In this document: positions 59,624-64,000 of the stretch, one piece after another | Layout of the letters: every line of letters begins with the position of its first letter | How positions within the stretch are numbered: the stretch's first letter is position 1 | Source of the DNA: Minisyncoccota bacterium | GTDB taxonomy: Bacteria; Patescibacteriota; Minisyncoccia; Phycocordibacterales; UBA9973 | Direction of reading: 5' to 3' | NCBI GenBank assembly: GCA_041659785.1 | Contig: JBAZXO010000003.1 | Span: forward strand, 1,099-65,098 | DNA length: 64,000 nt | Notes under the pieces: generated by a model | What the model saw: the letters and a program-made list of their open reading frames with translations, nothing else | What the model was told of the DNA's origin: nothing | Databases searched by the model: none | Position numbers and translations under genes: made by a program

Positions 59624-59650
59624 GAGTCCAATATAACAATATTTTTTAGT

Positions 59651-59866
59651 CTAAGCTAATTTTTTGAGTTCCGTCTCGTATTTCTTCATTATTTCCATAG
59701 ACGCAGTCATCTGATCCATTCCTCCTTTTGTCTTTTCTTGAATCTCCAAAGCAATCTTTTGAAAAAGTTCAGGATTTTTCTCCATCATCGTAATAAACAT
59801 ATCTATCTGCGCTTCAGGCACTCCTTGAGTGCGAAGCATTTTTTTAAGTAAAAAGTTTTTAAACAT
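59651..59866 (-). CDS. Small hypothetical protein
   Basis: Helical 71-aa ORF in divergent region. Confidence 0.65.
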   Translation of the reverse strand: MFKNFLLKKMLRTQGVPEAQIDMFITMMEKNPELFQKIALEIQEKTKGGMDQMTASMEIMKKYETELKKLA

Positions 59867-59950
59867 CTAATATATGTACTATAAAAGTTACCAAGTTGCA
59901 ATAGCGGTGGTTTGCATTTTGAGCTCTAATGTGTAATAATCACCTTATCT

Positions 59951-60193
59951 ATGAATTTAGTAACCAAATTTCTGCCATACGCGCAGATTATCCTTTCAGT
60001 AATACTAGTAACAGCGGTTCTATTACAGCAGTCGGCTGCTGGCTTAGGAGGTGCTTTAGGTGGAGGAGATACAGAATCTTTTCATCATACTCGTCGAGGC
60101 TTTGAGAAGTTTCTCTTCTATTTATCCATGGTTTGTGGAATTCTTTTTGCTTTATTCGCTTTACTTAGTATAATACTAAAAGCAAATAGCTAG
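59951..60193 (+). CDS. secG: Preprotein translocase subunit SecG
   Basis: VLLQQ..AGLGG..GG....TRRG.EK.L with two TM helices. Confidence 0.9.
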   Translation: MNLVTKFLPYAQIILSVILVTAVLLQQSAAGLGGALGGGDTESFHHTRRGFEKFLFYLSMVCGILFALFALLSIILKANS

Positions 60194-60213
60194 TTTTATT
60201 TTGTTTCATATCT

Positions 60214-61968
60214 ATGCAAAATTTATACAGTCGCATCCGCAATTTTAAATTGCCTAAAAAAGACGAAATTAATTCAATTTTTAGCACTTTCTCAAAAAAA
60301 GAAAGAATTATTTTTATTGTTTTATTATTGACGTTATTAATAAGTACATTATCGATACTTGAAAGTATAAACAAGTCACTAATGGTCAAGATACCACTTC
60401 ATGGTGGCTCTTTATCTGAAGGGATCATCGGTGCCCCTCGTTTCATAAATCCAATTCTAGCAAATTCTCCTGCTGACCTTGACCTTGTTTCTCTTGTTTA
60501 CTCAGGTCTAATGAGGAAAAATCCTGACGGCACACTGTCTCCAGACTTAGCGGAAAAATACGAAATATCTAAAGATGGTTTAACTTATACATTTGTGCTA
60601 AAAGATAAAATATATTTCCAAAATGGAAATCCTGTAACTGTGAACGATATTCTTTTTACAATAAATAAAATAAAAGATCCTATCATAAAAAGTTTAGGAA
60701 AAATAGAATGGGATGGAGTAACTGCAACAAAAGTAAATGATAAAACTATAGAATTTTCTTTGAAAAAACCCTATCCATCATTTTTAGAAAACGCAACACT
60801 TGGAATAATGCCAGCGTCTTTGTGGAATAACTCTGCAATAGAATTAAACAATGCAAACACTTCCCCCATTGGCTCTGGACCTTATATGATAAAAGATGTT
60901 TCCAAGGAATCATCTGGAGTCATAAATTCTTATGATTTAGTATCTTTTAAAAAATTCATATTAGGTGAACCATATATAAAAGATATAAGTTTACATTTTT
61001 ATTCAAATGAGGATGATCTTGTTCGAGCACTAGAAGATGGAGTTGTGGATCAGATAAGTTCCATCACCCCCCTAAATGCAGACATTTTAAAAGAAAGAAA
61101 TTTTCAAATAACGAATTCTGTATTGCCTAGAGTATTCGGACTTTTCTTTAATCAAAACAAAAACCGTCTTTTTACTGATAAAGTCATAACAAAAGCTATC
61201 GATCAAGCCATAGATAAAGACAAGATAGTCCGTGAGGTTCTTTTTGGTTATGGAATAGCTATAGACGAGCCAATACCACCAAACATGATTGCCTATCAAA
61301 AATTAGCAGGAGAAAATACTTCTTCCCGTGAAGACATTTTACAAAATGTACAAAATAATCTAGCTAAAGACGGATGGTCAAGGGGTCCTGATGGGTTCTT
61401 GCAAAAAACCATAATTGGGAAAAATAAAAAGAAAACTGTTACCACATTAGAATTTTCAATATCTACTGGTAATGCAGGCGAACTCGCAAAAACTGCCGAA
61501 ATAATAAAACAAGATTTAGCTAAAGTCGGAATAAAAGTTGATATAAAAACTTTCGAGGTTGGTAATCTAAATCAAAGTGTAATTCGTCCACGTGATTATG
61601 ATGCTTTACTCTTCGGACAAATCATAAACCACGAATCTGACCTTTTTGCTTTTTGGCACTCAACACAAAGAAAAGATCCAGGTCTTAATGTGGCTGTATA
61701 TACCAATGCAAAAGTAGATAAAATTTTAGAAGATGCATCTGTCACCGTCGATGAACAAGCTAGAATTAAAAAATACGCACAATTCGAGGGTGAAATAAAA
61801 AAAGACATGCCTGCAGTTTTTCTTTATAGTCCTAATTTTATATATGTAGTTTCAAAAAACTTAAAAGGTCTCTCGATTGACCATATCTCGTCATCAACAG
61901 ATCGTCTTTCAAACATATATTCATGGTACACCGAAACAGAAAACGTTTGGAAAATATTTTCTAAATAA
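60214..61968 (+). CDS. ABC transporter substrate-binding protein (OppA/DppA family 5)
   Basis: LVYSGL...PDLAE.Y.IS.DG.TYTF.L, PIGSGPY. Confidence 0.88.
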   Translation: MQNLYSRIRNFKLPKKDEINSIFSTFSKKERIIFIVLLLTLLISTLSILESINKSLMVKIPLHGGSLSEGIIGAPRFINPILANSPADLDLVSLVYSGLMRKNPDGTLSPDLAEKYEISKDGLTYTFVLKDKIYFQNGNPVTVNDILFTINKIKDPIIKSLGKIEWDGVTATKVNDKTIEFSLKKPYPSFLENATLGIMPASLWNNSAIELNNANTSPIGSGPYMIKDVSKESSGVINSYDLVSFKKFILGEPYIKDISLHFYSNEDDLVRALEDGVVDQISSITPLNADILKERNFQITNSVLPRVFGLFFNQNKNRLFTDKVITKAIDQAIDKDKIVREVLFGYGIAIDEPIPPNMIAYQKLAGENTSSREDILQNVQNNLAKDGWSRGPDGFLQKTIIGKNKKKTVTTLEFSISTGNAGELAKTAEIIKQDLAKVGIKVDIKTFEVGNLNQSVIRPRDYDALLFGQIINHESDLFAFWHSTQRKDPGLNVAVYTNAKVDKILEDASVTVDEQARIKKYAQFEGEIKKDMPAVFLYSPNFIYVVSKNLKGLSIDHISSSTDRLSNIYSWYTETENVWKIFSK

Positions 61969-62037
61969 ATCGTCTCGAGGGCGATTTGCCGAAGAGACAG
62001 AAAACTAATATTATTAAAACACTAAAATTAAAAAATA

Positions 62038-64000
62038 ATGAAAAAAACAAGACTATCTTTTTCTTCACTCAAGATTGAGGATAAAAAAGAAAACAAAACA
62101 GAACAACACCCAGACGCTCCTCGTCTGGATCCCAGACGAGGAGCGTCTGGAGAACACAAAAAGGAGGGCGGACATAGAACTCCAGATAAAAAAAGAATGA
62201 CCAAAAGCTCTACTTACCAGTACACCCAAAAAAGATTTGGCAAAAGTTCTAATTCTCGACCTTTTGGAGAAAAAAGCCAGTACAAGATTATGAGTAGTAA
62301 AATCCCCCCTCCAGAACCTGGAGTAATTCGTGTTATCCCACTTGGTGGAGTAGAAGAAATAGGCAAAAATATGACCGCAATAGAAATCGACGATGACATT
62401 ATCGTGATAGATGCTGGTATGCATTTTTCTACTGAAGCAACCCCCGGAGTTGATTATATTATTCCAAATACAACATACCTAGAAGAACGAAAAGACAAAA
62501 TTCGTGCACTACTTATTACACACGGACACTTAGACCATATCGGTGGTGTACCCCTAGTACTCTCACGTATTGGAAATCCTCCCGTATATTCTAGAAATTT
62601 GTCTATCTTAATGATGAAGAAGAGACAAGCAGAATTCCCTCACCTGCCAGCAATGAAAGAAAATGTTGTTGAAAAAGATTCTGTTATTATGTGTGGAAAA
62701 ATAAAAATTAGATTCTTTGGTGTTACTCACACTATCCCAGATTCGATGGGTATAATAATAGAAACAGAACATGGATGGATAGTTACTCCAGGAGACTACA
62801 AACTCGACCAAATAGATGGAGTCGTTTCAAAAGAAGAAGAGAAAGAATATTCAATTTTTGACAAAGCAAAAGTCCTTTTAATGATGACAGATTCTACAAA
62901 CATTGAAAATGAAGGATTTTCTCTTTCAGAAACAAAAGTACATCAAGGGCTAGAGAATTTAATAAAAAAGGTAAATGGCCGAATAATTATTGCTGCTTTC
63001 TCTTCTCATATCACCAGATTGGCACACGTTGTTAAAACAGCTGAAGCTTTGGGTAAAAAGATAGCTACAGATGGACGCTCAATGAAAACAAACATCGAAG
63101 TAGCAATCGAAGCAGGCTTCTTCCAACCTAAAAAAGGCACGATTATTCCGCTTGAAGAAGTAAATAATTATCCGCCAAACAAAATTATTATTTTGATGAC
63201 AGGCGCTCAGGGTGAAGAATTTGCAGCATTAAACCGTGCAGCCAATAAATCAAATGCCAAGTTCTCTCTTCAAAAAGGAGACACTGTAATATTATCTGCT
63301 TCTGTTATTCCAGGAAACGAACTCCAGGTTCAGAAAATGAAAGATAGTCTCACAAGGCAAGGTGTACGCATCATAAGTTACCGCACGCCAGGTGAAGATT
63401 TTGTTCACGCAACGGGCCACGGCAATCAAGAAGATATAAAATGGCTTCATAGAAAAACCCATCCGAAATTCTTCATACCAATCCACGGACATCACTCATT
63501 CCTCGTTAAACACAAAGAATTAGCTGTGGAGCTCGGAATGCCAGAAGAAAATGTGATTGTGCCAGACAACGGTTCAATTATTGAAATCTCTGCTGATGGA
63601 CAAAAAATGGTACTACGAAAAGAGAAGGCTCCTAGTGCAGCCATGATGGTAGATGGTGCTTCTATTTCAGATACTCAAGACGTAGTTATCCGAGATAGAG
63701 TCATGCTTGCCCAGGATGGAATGTTTGTCATTATTGCACTTCTTGATCAAAAAACCGGAAAATTAAAAAAATCACCTGACCTTATTTCTCGTGGCTTCGT
63801 TTACTTGAAAGAAAACCAGGAACTCCTTCGCCAAGTAAGAATAATGATTAAAAAATCAATAGAAGATGCAGCTGCTAAGATTCCCATGAGAAATACTGGG
63901 GAAACAAATCCTTCAGACTTTGACCACATCAAGGTAACTTTAGGTGAAAATATCTCAAAATTCTTGTATCAAAAAACTGGTAAGAGGCCTTTGGTTATTC
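62038..64000 (+). CDS. rnj: Ribonuclease J (runs off window end; not in ORF track)
   Basis: Manual translation: IRVIPLGGVEEIGKNMT, IDAG, THGHLDHIGG, HATGHG, PIHG. Confidence 0.93.
   Translation, partial: MKKTRLSFSSLKIEDKKENKTEQHPDAPRLDPRRGASGEHKKEGGHRTPDKKRMTKSSTYQYTQKRFGKSSNSRPFGEKSQYKIMSSKIPPPEPGVIRVIPLGGVEEIGKNMTAIEIDDDIIVIDAGMHFSTEATPGVDYIIPNTTYLEERKDKIRALLITHGHLDHIGGVPLVLSRIGNPPVYSRNLSILMMKKRQAEFPHLPAMKENVVEKDSVIMCGKIKIRFFGVTHTIPDSMGIIIETEHGWIVTPGDYKLDQIDGVVSKEEEKEYSIFDKAKVLLMMTDSTNIENEGFSLSETKVHQGLENLIKKVNGRIIIAAFSSHITRLAHVVKTAEALGKKIATDGRSMKTNIEVAIEAGFFQPKKGTIIPLEEVNNYPPNKIIILMTGAQGEEFAALNRAANKSNAKFSLQKGDTVILSASVIPGNELQVQKMKDSLTRQGVRIISYRTPGEDFVHATGHGNQEDIKWLHRKTHPKFFIPIHGHHSFLVKHKELAVELGMPEENVIVPDNGSIIEISADGQKMVLRKEKAPSAAMMVDGASISDTQDVVIRDRVMLAQDGMFVIIALLDQKTGKLKKSPDLISRGFVYLKENQELLRQVRIMIKKSIEDAAAKIPMRNTGETNPSDFDHIKVTLGENISKFLYQKTGKRPLVI

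Noticed and set aside
59624-59650. glmS ribozyme
   Set aside because: Only 27 nt separate glmS from the upstream gene and a -10 box sits 6 nt from the ATG; there is no room
62065-63495. Short minus-strand ORFs at the window end
   Set aside because: Antisense shadows of the RNase J gene on the plus strand

Overview
AT-rich bacterial chromosome segment. Gene content and style (short housekeeping genes, giant GNVGIGT-repeat surface protein, cohesin/dockerin proteins, apparent leaderless starts) suggest a CPR/Patescibacteria (Parcubacteria-like) genome; this taxonomy is an inference. Backbone genes include murJ, leuS, ychF, glmS, secG, RNase J, a MacAB-like ABC exporter, a PAS/GAF two-component set and a CsoR-controlled copper/thiol cluster. 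A ~17 kb island (20677-37663) bounded by a 17-bp direct repeat is inserted in the first codons of ychF. Its attachment site lies inside the serine recombinase gene, so excision would swap the recombinase C-terminus. The island carries an unusual five-gene restriction-modification-like cluster: Z1 protein, SF2 helicase, amino-MTase, m5C-MTase and DUF3883-type nuclease. The helicase and nuclease share a homologous domain, and the helicase is interrupted by one in-frame TGA. The island also has two candidate structured RNAs. Outside it, several families of short GC-rich palindromes sit in-frame in conserved genes.
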